From the NCBI RefSeq assembly GCF_009914755.1, contig NC_060928.1: 64,000 nucleotides of DNA, one strand, 5' to 3'. The translations under genes were made by a program, and so were the position numbers. Shown here piece by piece: positions 46,231 through 60,071 of this stretch. The first letter of the stretch is position 1. Each line of letters begins with the position of its first letter. The DNA comes from the human T2T-CHM13v2.0 reference genome, Homo sapiens. The notes beneath the pieces were generated by a model. It did no database searches. It was not told the DNA's origin and saw nothing but the letters and a program-made list of their open reading frames with translations.

Positions 46231-46527
46231 TATTTCCTATTTTTTTATTTTTGTTGCAACCCCCTAAAATGATCTCATGAGCAACAAATCAGTTGTATCC
46301 CACAGTTCTTCAAACCCTGCTATGGGCCACAGGGAGGCAAGCAGGGTGTTTTTTTAACTGGGAAGTGACAAAATCAGGTATATTTAGTGTGATAATTTCA
46401 GTAACAAGGTGAAAGGGGAACTGAACTAGGAAACCCTGGAGCCAGGGAAGCCTGCTACAAGGCAAGAGTCCAGAAGAGACATGGTATGAGTCTGAAGTAA
46501 GGCACAGACCCTGAGACAGAAAGTAGG

Positions 46528-46920
<393 letters not shown>

Positions 46921-48519
46921 CTACAGTGGGGATGCAGGAGAGATTTCTAGATGGAAAGATTGATGGGATGATGTCAACATTAACTAGGATAGAGAACACA
47001 GAGAATAGAACATGTTTGGGTGATAGGAGGTTCCCTGTTTGTACTTGGTAAATATGAGATGTATACAGGAAACCCCAACAGAAATGTCCAGTAAATGACT
47101 GGATAGAAGAATGCAAACTCTGCAAAATATAACTGAGATAGAAACATGGATACAGATGAAATTAGCTGAAACATCATCATTAAAGCCTCCAAGTGGATAA
47201 AATCTCTTAGAGGGTCAGGTGTTAGAAAAAGCAGGGAGAATAGACCAGTCACCCTGGGATCGCCAACATTCAAGGACCAGAGAGAAGAACCAGAAAGACC
47301 GTCGAATGTGCTGGAAGAAAGTGTAGTGGCAAGTGGCAGAAGGTACTTTGTGGCCTCATCATTTTCCAACACAATACTTTCCATTCATCTCCATACATAT
47401 TTGTGTCCTGTTTCCTCCACTAGAATAAAATATGCCGCTGAATCTCCAGAAGCTAGAATAGGGCCCCTAGCACATGGTAGGGATCAATAAATATTTATTG
47501 AGTAAGTGAATGGATAAGTACATAAAATCAAGCCAGGGAAGGAAAGTATTTCAAAATATGGGAGTTGTCAACCAAGGCAATTGCTTTAAAGAATCAAGAA
47601 AGAGGGCTGAAAATAGGTCATTAGATTTGAAAATTAGGTTGTTGGGAACCTTAGAAAGATCCATTTCAATAACATGTTAGGATAAAAGCTAAATGGTTAT
47701 GGCTTCAGGGAAAATGGGGGTGAGGTCACAAGTTGCAAGGGAGTAGGAAGAAATGTCAAGAGAAGGTTAATTTGGAGGAAGAGAGATGAAAGCAATCAGA
47801 GATCATGTATAGACTCAGGTGAATAAGACAGAGGAAAGAAAGTGAAGTTAAAAGAGGGGGAAAGCAAAATTGTAAGGTAGCGGTAAAGGTGGAAGGGGTT
47901 AGGAAGTCCAGTATACAGGTGAAGACGTTGACCTTAATAAGCTTTGTCTGTGACAGAAAAGAAGAGGAGGAGAAGATGTGCCTGCCATGGGTGATAAGGA
48001 TCTTTTTTTCTCTCTCTGTGAAAGATGAGGGAAGATTTTCTGCACAACCTGCACAGGGTGAGGGAGAGCTCATTTTGGATGTGCTGCCATCAGGGATTGG
48101 AAGGTAGCTAACCGAGGAGAGCAGAGGGATTTCATGAAGCACCAAAGACTTAGCGCAAATCAGATAGACTGACTTCATATGGTGTCAATCAGCATGGTCA
48201 TGGAACTCCATTTAGCGATGCATAGAGCGCCAGAGCAGATGCAGAGAAAAACAAATTGGACTCACCCAGCATCCAGAGCGTGGTCTAATGAGAGGTGCCC
48301 TGGAAGAAAGCCTCCCTTTCTTCTCTGCCCATAAGCACAGTTAGCTCCAGTCTTAGCCCCACTGGATGGGGTTGTGTGATCCTGAGTGTGTCACCATACC
48401 TCTGTGAGTGTCTTGTCTACAACTGGGGACTGTAATATCTTTCTAGTCTCACTGGCTTGTGGTGGGGCTCCAATCAGATAATTGATTTGAATAACTGTTA
48501 CCAACTCCTAAATGCTGCT

Positions 48520-49790
48520 CAGGTGGCCGCCTTGCGGTTCCCCTGAACCAAACTTCTGCCATCTTTCATAATGCAGCTCTGGGAAGACACACCAGCCTCT
48601 ACCAGGCACCTGGCAATCTCTCTTTTTGCCCCATGGGTGTCACATTTTTGACCTATAAAACAAGAACAATTTTCAGACGAGACCCTAAACTCGTTCAGTA
48701 TCTATTTAAATTACTTCCCCATGAAAAGAACTTCTGCCGACTCTAATGCCTTAGAGATGGAACCAGGGAGAGAGAAATTTGCTTTTGTTAGCGGACTCCA
48801 TAATTAGATGGAGATATGTCCACCTGGGTAATAGCTAATGGGTTTTTTAAACTTTTTATATAAATATTTCAGTTTCCTTCCCTGCCAGATTGACTTTTTC
48901 TCAATATTAATTGCCTCCATAGTCTTAGTCTATAGCAACATTTCCAACCACTGTCCCTGTATGTTTTATTTCTTTCTCAGGAGGCTGCTATTGGATGACT
49001 TCATTTAAATTTTTTAATACCATGAATAAATATTACCTTACTTCGCTCTGGGGGGGACAGGCAATTCTCGGGAGGGAGACTGTCAACTCCTCAGCAGTTT
49101 ACTTCATGAAATAGGTTACTGGGTTTTATTCCGGCCTACAAGTTTCATAAACTAGGAAAATCCCCATCTCTTTTAACCCATGCTAATTATCATTATCTGC
49201 AGGAGGGGCATATAAACTCTCATTTTGAAAGCTCCTTTCTACAGGCTTTGAGTTTATGAATGATGCCTCTTGCCTAAAGGATTATTTGACAGCCTTTTAG
49301 ATAACGACTTTCCTCTCCTTGTTGATTCTCAGATCCCACATGACGGGGTAATGTGGGATGCTATGTTGCAGCCATAAATTACTCCTTTTTCATCATCTCT
49401 CTCCTCTGCCAATGCAGAGGGTCATCTTAGGCCCCCTATACTTTTTAAATAAGCTCTAACTCCTCATCATTCCTGAGCACATGTTCTGTTCCCTGGACAG
49501 CCCGATTTTTATTGCTGAAACTCAAGAAGCTATTAAGTCTCCTCAACCTGGCAGGGCCCCAGGACCAGATGGTGTTCTCCTGGTTCTTATAAAGCCTTTA
49601 TTAACAAAAGGACACCACAAGCCTCGCTGGCCGCCATAATGACTGCTTTTCCCACCCACGGAAGACCCTAGCTGGGGAGGACAACCTGTTGATTGCTATT
49701 CTTGTCATCATTGTCAAAACATCTTGCCATCTCCACGTTGCCCTGAATTCTTTTCTGATCCTTTGCAGGGTACTGATTAGAACTGCTCTC
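48520..49790 (+). pseudogene. Ancient L1/Tx1-clade non-LTR retrotransposon ORF2 relic (APE endonuclease to start of RT)
   Basis: Colinear motifs ISLFAP, ADSN, WRYVH, IDFF, ISNHCP, FFNT, LWGGQAILG, SLDSPI...GRAPGPDG, YKAF, AILVIIVK, ILCRVL. Confidence 0.7.
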
Positions 49791-51049
49791 TCTACCCAAA
49801 AGAGGAAAGAAAGAAAGGAAAGAAGGAAGCATTTAAACTAATGAGAGATATAAACAACAGATGACAGAGGGGGCTTTGCTATGAACTCACCACCTCTCAT
49901 ACGGATTTTTAACAGTTTGGCAGTGATGAGGCCCCCTCAGGAAAGTCGGATCTGTTCATTGCTAAGCTAGAATCATGAGATTTTTCACGGAGGATTTGCT
50001 TTCAGACTGAGGTAGCTTTTCATCATGAGCTGATGCAGCATGCCACATGTGACTCTGAGTGTCACAGCTATATCAGGGTGCCCGGGAGAGCTGAGAGAGT
50101 CAGTAATGGTATATAGAATTTCTCACCTCTGGATCACTAGTTCAAATGCAAAAGGCCATAAAAAGCTGTTATCTTCTGGCGGACTCAGTGAAAGTTTCCA
50201 GGCGATATCAGCTGCCACAAATGGCGCTCGCGTGACAAATGCTCGGTGCACAGGGTCTCAGGGTGGGGCCCCTGGAAACTCATGCTCTCTAAGGTCATGG
50301 TCGGCTTGGGAAAGCAAAAGGCTCAGACAGAATAAGTGGCCCCTTTCCACCTGTTCTGTGATCTCCATGGGGAATGGATTTTGCCAACATCAGATTGTTC
50401 ATAAACGCAGATTGCCCCTCGATGCATTGTTGGGATTACTTTAAAAGTTCAACAGCTTCACTCTTGCTCTCACCTAATTCTTTTGTCCATTCATGACAGG
50501 CCCATGGAAACCTTTCAGATTCCTCCAAAACTCATCCACCTCGTGGGGAGAATGGGTGCTGTCAATGACAGCTGCCCGTACATTTTGTTCAGAAATGTTA
50601 ACACACCAGGGAATTTTCTCAGCCCTGGCACTTTACAGCTCAGGACCTTTTCTTGCTGAATACTTAAGTTATTTCTGGAAAAATAACTTTTATTTCCAAA
50701 GAAATACGGCAGGTGACACAGAAACGTCCCTTCTTGTTTATTCACTGTCTGTCGTAAGGTTGGCTGTCTTTGCTTTAACTCTTTTTCCTCTTTCTTCACG
50801 CTGTTGGGCTTCTCCTGCCCCTTTCTGGGACCTTCTCTAGAAATACAGCCCTATACCTAGACTTCAGTTCCTGCCTTTGAAGGCAGAACTGTTCTTCCCT
50901 CAGGTAGTATTAGAAGGACAGTGAAGCACCTGGAACTCATCCTCCCTGTATCACCGAGGGCCCAGCAAGAAGTCTGATAATGGCACAATGACATCATAAA
51001 TTACATAAATTAATGCTCTGCCCTCCAGTTGCACTGGCATTTGCTCACT

Positions 51050-51570
51050 TCTGCAGACAGGCCATGCCTTTGCCCACACTGGGTCTTTGCACAAGCTGTT
51101 TCCCCTGCATGGAAGCCCTTCCTACTTGCTGTGCCTAGTAAACTCCTGTTTTCTCATCAGATCTCACCTAGATCATGGCTCCCTGGAGGAAGCTCTCCCC
51201 AAGGCTCTCACAGATTGGGGACTTAACATGTTTGTGACTCAGACAAATGTCTACCTCCTCCACTAGATTGCAAGCTCCAGAAAGGTGAGACAACCTCTCC
51301 TCATTTCACTGCCTCACCTTTGAATCCCAGAGCTAAGCCCACAGCTGGCACATTTTCAGCACCCTGTAGATAGGATTGGAATGAACCAATCATTTCATTT
51401 AACGTTTACAACCACCCCACTAAGAGGTGATTTTTTAAAATTTCCATTTTACTAACAAAGATACTGAGGTTCAAGGAAGACAAATCACTTGCCCTAAACC
51501 ACACAGCATATAAGTAGGCAAAAGCAAGATTTGAACTTGAGACCAAGAGATGCCCAAGCCCTGCTTTTTC
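51050..51570. mobile_element. L2 3' fragment (+) followed by MIR (-)
   Basis: TCTTTGCACAAGCTGTTTCCCCTGCATGGAA, CCACTAGATTGCAAGCTCC; CCATTTTACTAACAAAGATACTGAGGTTCA. Confidence 0.7.
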
Positions 51571-51829
51571 TGCAATTTAGTTATGACCCTGCTACCGGGC
51601 CTCAGTCGCTAATACTGAGCTGTTAAAAAAATAACTGTGAAATGTCCTAGCCCCTGATGTGTACCACTCTTGTTTGTCAGTTTAGTAGCATGGGCTGCTA
51701 GGTTGCATCCACCCAACTCTATACACATGAGCCACTGTCACTCCTCAACCACTATTCCACTGAGCCAAATTAAGCCTCTAATTCCTTATATTGCATATTC
51801 CTTAGATATTCCCGATCAATATAATGTTC

Positions 51830-52050
51830 CCAGCCAGGATAAAAGTGAAGCCGGTGAGATACTGGCCTTGGATACAAAACTTAATGGGTCACCAAAATCT
51901 CAATAAGCAAGATAGTATTTTAATGCAATGTATAAATTTGACACCAAAAAATTGATGATGAGCAAAATGTCAAAATTTGAAATAAAGACAGGATGGGTGT
52001 GACTGATTTTTCCACTGCCTCAGGCTCCAATGTGGCTCGACACAGCACCG
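51830..52050 (-). mobile_element. hAT-type DNA transposon fossil (MER96B-like)
   Basis: GCCTCAGGCTCCAATGTGGCTCGACACAGCAC end and AAATAAAGACAGGAT block. Confidence 0.45.
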
Positions 52051-52088
52051 CTCTGTGCAGCTCTCACAGGTGAGCAGAGGTGGCCAAC

Positions 52089-52634
52089 GAGTTGACATCT
52101 ATGAGCCATCCCATAGCCCTGGTCACAGAGCTGACATCGATTGGCCATCCCATAGCCCTGGTCACACAGCTGACATCAATTGGCCACCCCAGAGCCCAGG
52201 TCACAAAGCTGACATCGATTGGCCACCCCAGAGCCCGGGTCACACAGCTGACATCGATTGGCCACCCCAGAGCCCGGGTCACAGAGCTGACATCGATTGG
52301 CCACCCCAGAGCCCGGGTCACATTGCTGACATCGATTGGCCACCCCAGAGCCCAGGTCACAGAGCTGACATCGATTGGCCACCCCAGAGCCCGGGTCACA
52401 GAGCTGACATCGATTGGCCACCCCAGAGCCCGGGTCACAGAGCTGACATCGATTGGCCACCCCAGAGCCCGGGTCACAGAGCTGACATCGGTTGGCCACC
52501 CCAGAGCCCGGGTCACAGAGCTGACATCGATTGGCCACCCCAGAGCCCAGGTCACAGAGCTAATATCTATTGGCCACCCCAGAGCCCAGGTCGTAGAGCT
52601 GACAGCGATTGGCCACCCCAGAGCCCAGGTCGCA
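52089..52634. repeat. Minisatellite/VNTR, 14 x 39 bp (GAGCTGACATCGATTGGCCACCCCAGAGCCCGGGTCACA)
   Basis: 546 bp = 14 exact-length units; central units nearly identical, terminal units diverged. Confidence 0.98.
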
Positions 52635-53250
52635 CCCAGGAGTGTCTGGCGGGCTGGCTCTAGGGAGACCTCAGCTGAGCAGGGGGAACACATGGGTATT
52701 TTCTTTGCCAACATGTGATCGTGTTTGTTCCTCCCCATTAGATGTGAAACTCCAAACCTGAAAGTCACAAGTTCTCCCTTTCTTTCAAGACTGGGCTTTT
52801 GTTTACTCAATAATAAGCAAATACGCATGGCAATGTCAGATTGGGATACGATCTTTGAAGGAAAGACAAGGGATGATGAAGGACTGCTTCATGGCACAGC
52901 CTCAGGGACCACCTCTAGCCCTGTGTTCTGTGGGAACAGCAGCCCCTGGAGGTGAAGAGGCCACAGCTCTAGGGTACAGATGGACAGAAATGGAGGTTCC
53001 CAGTGGCCACGTTAGCTGGGGTGGTCAGGGAGGTGCTCTCCAAGGAAAAGACAGATAGCTGAACACCTGAAGGGCAGACATGAGCCAGCTCAGTGCTGAG
53101 GGAACGGGGGGTCCTAGGGCTGCCATAGGCTTGGTATCCAAGATTTAGAAGGGAGACATGAGTAGCCGGACACAGTGACCCAGGTAGAGAGGTGCAGGAG
53201 ATGAGGCTGGCAACCCCTCGGGGCTCTGAAGACTTTGTGAAGGACTTTGA

Positions 53251-53667
<417 letters not shown>

Positions 53668-54527
53668 TACAGCAGGGTTTCAGCTGGAGAGTGGCAGGCC
53701 CATGCTCATTCTGGTGATGAATAACTGCAAGGAGCAGCACAGGAGGGACAGATCCAGCAAGAGGACACAGCAGAGTCCAGGATTGGACCAGGGGTCGCCA
53801 GGGAGATGGAGAAAGATAACCTGACTCAAGACCTAATCCAGAGGTAGCACTGATGACAGCCCTTGGGGATAGATTTGATGTGGAGGAACAGGAAAAGGGA
53901 GGATGATCCTTGGGTTTCACCTCACACAACAGGATGGAATTGCTGGGGTAATAAAAGCCTGAGTAAGAAACAGATGTGAGAGTTGGGGCTGGAATGAAGG
54001 GACCATTATCCCATTCTCTCCAGAGCAGGGATTTTCCACCAGAGGCGAGGGTATGATACTAGAGAAGAGAATACATTTCTGTGGATAATACCCATACCAC
54101 TGGCTGAAAACAATTATCCAAAATTTGAGTCTCCATCAATCCTCCCACTTGTGTCTCACTCGTGGCAATAAAGTTTATTCCCAATAATAATATTGCAATA
54201 TTTTATTCATCATCCTTGTGTTTTAGAATTACCATAGCAGTGAAATTTATATGCAACAGCATTATTACAATTTTCGGCTACTAATGAAATTATTGTTTCT
54301 GTTTGCGATGTGTTTTGGCGCTATAATGATAAACATTTCCTCTCAAAAATACCACTGCAATGTTTATGTTCTCAAAACCTGCCATAAATGACAAATTACA
54401 GAATGCCTTTGAGCAGTTAAACTCTCTTCTTGGAAAAGCTGGGCTTCTCATTGCTATCATGGTGGGATCTGAGTCCGTTAGTGAAAGGGATTTGAAATAC
54501 AAAAGGTTGAAATTCATCATCTAGTAT

Positions 54528-54823
54528 ACTGGCCTCCAAATATTTTTGACCCTGTGTCTCATTAGTCAAATAAAAAAATAAAGTGGAGCACATACCCCCA
54601 GAATGTATTTTTTAATTTATCATATAATGGAATGGAATCTATTATATAATTTATTATAAATTAGACTGCACTAATATATTATGCACATTATAACACAAAC
54701 GAAAAGGAACTGGAAAAGGATGAGATACAAAATAAATTGACATAAAAATTCCAGTATCTCCTTCCCTCTCCCCCACAGCTTTGCGACCCCCTGGGTAAAC
54801 GTTCTGCAGTTTGGAAAGCACAG
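54528..54823. mobile_element. hAT-Charlie-like DNA transposon fossil
   Basis: CTGGCCTCCAAA...CAGTTTGGAAAGCACAG termini with CTAG-containing flanks. Confidence 0.4.
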
Positions 54824-56210
54824 CCCTAGAATATTGTCCTCCCTGCATTTCCACACCCATCTCTGATTCTTCTCCATCCTTCTCCTTCTTTAAGAGAAGA
54901 ACTGATGCAATAATGGCTTTCCAACCCCTAAGGCTAAACGCAGCACCCTAAGGAAAGGCTCAGGTGAGAGGAGGTAAGAGAACCATTTTCATCTGTTTTA
55001 AACTTGGGGGCTTTGAATGAGTTCAAATGAACAAACAGCTTTGTAGTTAATAAGACCAAGTCTGAAAACCACTGCTCTACTGAGCAGCTAGGACTTATGC
55101 TTGCCAGTTAGAAGTCATTGGTATGCTCCCTTCCATTCTCTGCACTTGCTATAATTTTTTTCCTGTAATCTTCACTTCTTCCAGGTTCAAGGTTAAAAGT
55201 CATTCAAGGAGTACCCACTGACTATTTATAATGTTTAACTGGTATTGGGCAGACTGTCATACCTAGGGACTATATGGCCACCATCTGGGTACTACCAGCA
55301 ACTGCTTTCACGTGAAAAAAAGATTTCCAGAAGAAACGGGAAGAATTCCAAGACAGCATTAGAAAGCGTCTCAACAGTAGGCATAGGGATTCTGCGGTAG
55401 CTCTGTAGAGACTTCTGTTATAACCACTCTGATCTTTGCACATCAAAAATCCAAGATAAATCCTGATAAAATGACCAGTTGATGGTTATACAAATAGGCT
55501 CTGGGGTTCTAGGCTTGGATTTACCATGATTTTACTGTGCATTCATGGGAACATGACTCAACCCTCAGAGCCAAATCCCTTAAGGTCCAAGAAGGAGACT
55601 TTTTCTCCAAAAGGAATTCTTCCAAAAGAGAAGCCAATTCAGTGCTTTGCTCTAATTTCTCTCCTCATTATTCAAACTGTTTTGGAGAATCTTCCTAATC
55701 TTTTAATCCCTGTTCAAATCCCTTGCCCTATATTAAGCACAAAAAGAGGTCTCCTTCTTTTCTCTGAGTCCCTATAACAATAATTATGTGTGCAATTTGT
55801 TTCACAATTAATCCTAGAAGGTCTATGTATTGTTGTTCTGAACTGTTATCTCAATATTGTGGTGGTGATGGTGAACTTTTCATACATCCCTCCAGTGTTC
55901 AGAGGTGGACCAGAAATATCTGCAGGGCAGGAAACTCTTCTACATCTTCCTACAGGGGACCACATGGGTTCTGGCACATAGTAGGTCCTCAGGAGACATT
56001 TGTTGAATTTTTCTTTCAAGCTCCTCATCGGTTTTTTCCTTTAATTCCCATGGAAGGGAAGAGCAATACCGACCCCATGGAGCTGGGCTGAGGTTCAGCC
56101 AGTTCACGCAAAGTACAGAACATGGCACATGGCAGGCCACAGTTGGAAACTGACACATGCCTCCCACCGACATATTTATTTCAGAGTGTTCATTACTTTT
56201 CAGATTTCTT

Positions 56211-56520
56211 GGCCGGCCGCAGTGGCTCACGCTTGTAATCCCAGCACTTTGGGAGGCCGGGATGGGCGGATCACTTGAGGTCAGGAGTTTGAGACCAGCC
56301 TGGCCAACATGGTAAAACCCTGTCTCCAATAAAAATAAAAAAATTAGCTGGGCATGGTGGCACATGCCTGTAGTCCCAGTTACTCGGGAGGCTGAGGCAG
56401 GAGGATAGTTTGAGCTGAGGAGGTCAAAGCTGCAGTGAGCAGAGATTGCACCACTGCATTCCAGCCTGGGTGACAGAGTAAGACTCTGTCAAAAAAACAC
56501 AAACAAACAAACAAAAAAAA
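56211..56520 (+). mobile_element. Alu (AluSz/J-like)
   Basis: Full dimer with (AAAC)n tail. Confidence 0.95.
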
Positions 56521-57339
56521 ACAACTCTTATTTAATTGCCAACATTTAAAAATCAGGAAATTTCATACACACACAAAATCAAATCAGCCAACCTGGAATC
56601 TGCTTCTGTTGAAAACTCAGCACTCATCACTGATGCAGCATGTCTACCTAGCAACGATTGACGGAGAAGCAGCTGCTTCCCCCAGAAAAGCATAGGTTTT
56701 TCTGGCTCACAGGTTCCCCACCATTCCCAAGCAATCTAACACAACATTAAGCTAAGATTTGCAATAACATAAAAACTCTTGTTTCTTAAAAACAGTCTTC
56801 AGTTCATCAGTTGTTTGTTAGAGAGATACTGTGGAATGGTGGGGACTGTGACAAAGGGACAAATACAAGCTCCAGTCATCACCCACCCAGAATGTCATGC
56901 TGCCTGGCTCCTGTAGTCACAGAAGTATTCCACCCTAGCAGGTGCTTACGAAATGATAGCTTCCTGACCACTTCTTCTTCTAGCTTTGATTTATTCTGTC
57001 TTGTAATAACCTAATTGTTTCTGTCCTTTCATTTCCCCTTCTGATTTGTATTCCCCTGCCCCCTTGTGCCCGTGGGGTGCTGCTGGGAGGACATCAGAAT
57101 CAGACCTTACCTCATTCTCAGAGTCTAAGCTACTGCAGTCTGACTGCTGAAGAGCAAGTAAATAAGCAGGACCATCAGGGCCAGAAGTAGGGAAGAGGTA
57201 CCACCCGGAACAAAATTCATTCCTGAGGCATGTTACAGGACATAGGAGGAGGGACAGCCACCCTGAATGTCCTGTTGCTGCCCCAGCCCAAGGTTGGCCT
57301 CACATCTGTCACCCCTACAGCCCTGGCTATTGTCCAAAA

Positions 57340-57495
57340 AAAAGGAAAGAAGGAAATAGGGAGGGAGGAAGAAACAGAAGGAAGGAGGGAAGAAGGAAGA
57401 GGAGGGAAGGAAGAAAGGAGGAAAGGAGGAGGGGAGGAAAAGGGTGGAAGAAAGGAAGGAGAAAGAAGAGAAAGGAGGGGAGGAGAAGGGAGGCA
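57340..57495. repeat. GA-rich low-complexity tract
   Basis: Almost only G/A. Confidence 0.9.
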
Positions 57496-59229
57496 GAAAC
57501 TCTGAGCTCTCAACAACATGCTCCTCAGAGAGATGGTTCTTAGCTCAAGAGCATGCTGCTCCCTGATTTAAGCAAAGCTACAAATGCAAAATGCAGCTTG
57601 TCCTTAAAATTCAGTAGCATCAGAATGAAAAAGAAATGCTATGCCGAGTTGTGACATTTAAGTGGTCATGCATTTTTCAACGTATCAGTTATGCAAAGAT
57701 GTTTATATTCATTTTCTCCTTGGTCGTGTTTCATTTAAATAGAGTGGCAAAAAGTCTTCAAAAAGTTTAATTAAATAAATCAGAATCGTGGAAATCAAAG
57801 TTAACTGAAATAGACTTTAGAGTTCAAAAAAAAGTAGAAATATAAATTACATAAATAATAATGGAAAAATAAAAGCAGATGAGTAAACTAAATATTCTTG
57901 TTATCTCTACCTCTTGCTGTTTCACCTCCAAGTGTATTTTTATCTTGTATTATATTTCTAAAAACTCAAAAAGAAAAATGTCAGTAGATGACAACATGAA
58001 AAGGTTCATGGGTTGCTGAGCTAATCTAAAACCTTTAGCAGTAAGGGGAAAAAAAATCTTCATTTAAAGAGGCAATTTATTTTTTAAAAAATGTGGGGCT
58101 GCATGGATAGTTTTAATTCGTAATCTTACAAGCATGCAAAATGAAGTTCAAAAAGGTCTCATAGAAACCCCAGATAAATTTAAGATCATCCATTTCATTC
58201 CTATGTTCATAAATAACAGTTTTAATATGTAAGAGAATGACAGCAACAATAATGACCTTAACTTGGGTAATCCATTTGTTGACAGCAGGTGATAATTCGG
58301 CCTTCCTGATAGTAATCTGTTTTTTGGCAAACAAGAGAGGGGGCTATCTGCCACATACATTTATTTTTATGGGGAGGACATGTTTTATAAAGCTGAATAT
58401 GGGACAGTACAGGTGTGGAATTAATTGTCCAAGTTGCAAAATATGTTAGAGATGGTATGCTAAATCTACGGCACACAGTGGCCCTGAAATGATTAAATGT
58501 TCACTTCTATTAAGTAACCACGAGCCTGTATTTCCAATTATGGTGGTGAACTGCTTTCTGCTGAGTGGATTAGCTTAGTACTTCATTCTGCTGGTAGTTT
58601 TATGATCTGAGATCTTTAATTTTCCCAATTCAACTCTTAGGGACGCAAAGACAAGCTGCCTGACTTTTAAATAATATATTCCCCTTTTAAATTTCTGCCT
58701 TCTGCCATTTCCTAGGAGCGCCATTTCCTGTCACCATAATTATAATAATTTGTATGTAGTTCCTGGGATCACATTTCTAATTGAGTCCTAAATTGGTTAA
58801 CCTCATGAAGTTATTAATATGCTTTTTTAACCTGCACAAATTATATATTTGTTTGGTTGGTCAAATAACGTTCATCATTACACACATTCCTTACCTCTCT
58901 TCCTTCAGTTTTAACGTCACTATTTTAGTTTGAAAAATGTATGGGTTTTTTTTTTTTTTTAAATAATATACCACAAACTTCAGAACCGTAAAGAGTAGGG
59001 AAGGAAGGTCCAGTCCAGTGACCAGTGAAAGCCCAGGATCAGCAGAATGAGAGATGACGTCACACCTGAACACCAGGAAACAGCTCATCTGGCTCTGGCA
59101 CTGGGGAAGGGAGAATGTGGAAACATAAAGGTGGGAACTGAAAGCACAGGCAAGAATGACCAGGTCATGGAGGCTGTGCAGAGTGTCGGAAACCACACCA
59201 AAGGCAATGGTACCCACCAGAGGGCTTTT

Positions 59230-59543
59230 GGTTTTTGTTTGTTTTTGTTTTTATATATTTATTGAGACAGAGTCTTGCTCTGTCACCTAGGCTGAAGTGC
59301 AGTGTCAAAATCTCGGCTCACTGCAACTTCTGCCTCCTGGGTTCAAGTGATTCTCCTGCCTCAGCTCCCTGAGTAGCTGGGATTACAGGCGCCTGCCACC
59401 ATGCCCGGCTAATTTTTTTTTTTTTTGTAAATATGGGGTTTTACTATGTTGGCCAGGCTGGTCTCGAACTCCTGACCTCGTGATCCGCCTGCCTCAGCCT
59501 CCCAAAGTGCTGGGGTTACAGGCTTGAGCCACCGCGCCTGGCC
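59230..59543 (-). mobile_element. Alu (AluSg-like)
   Basis: Perfect 17-bp TSD CCCACCAGAGGGCTTTT at 59213-59229 and 59544-59560. Confidence 0.96.
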
Positions 59544-59715
59544 CCCACCAGAGGGCTTTTAAACAAGGAATTACCACAGCCAGATTTGTTTTAGAAACTT
59601 TGTTTTCAGGTGGTTCAATTAAGAGTCTACTACACTTGCCCAAGCAAAAAACAAACAATGAAAGCAAGGAGTAAAGTTGTTGCAAAAAGGACAAGTCAGC
59701 TTTGAGAGTAATTTC

Positions 59716-60071
<356 letters not shown>

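Noticed and set aside
52089-52634. CRISPR-like array
   Set aside because: Contiguous tandem units with no unique spacers, in a primate context
52055-52828. 200-254 aa repeat ORFs as a protein-coding gene
   Set aside because: Stop-free 39-bp unit open on both strands, no recognisable domain, no supported gene structure
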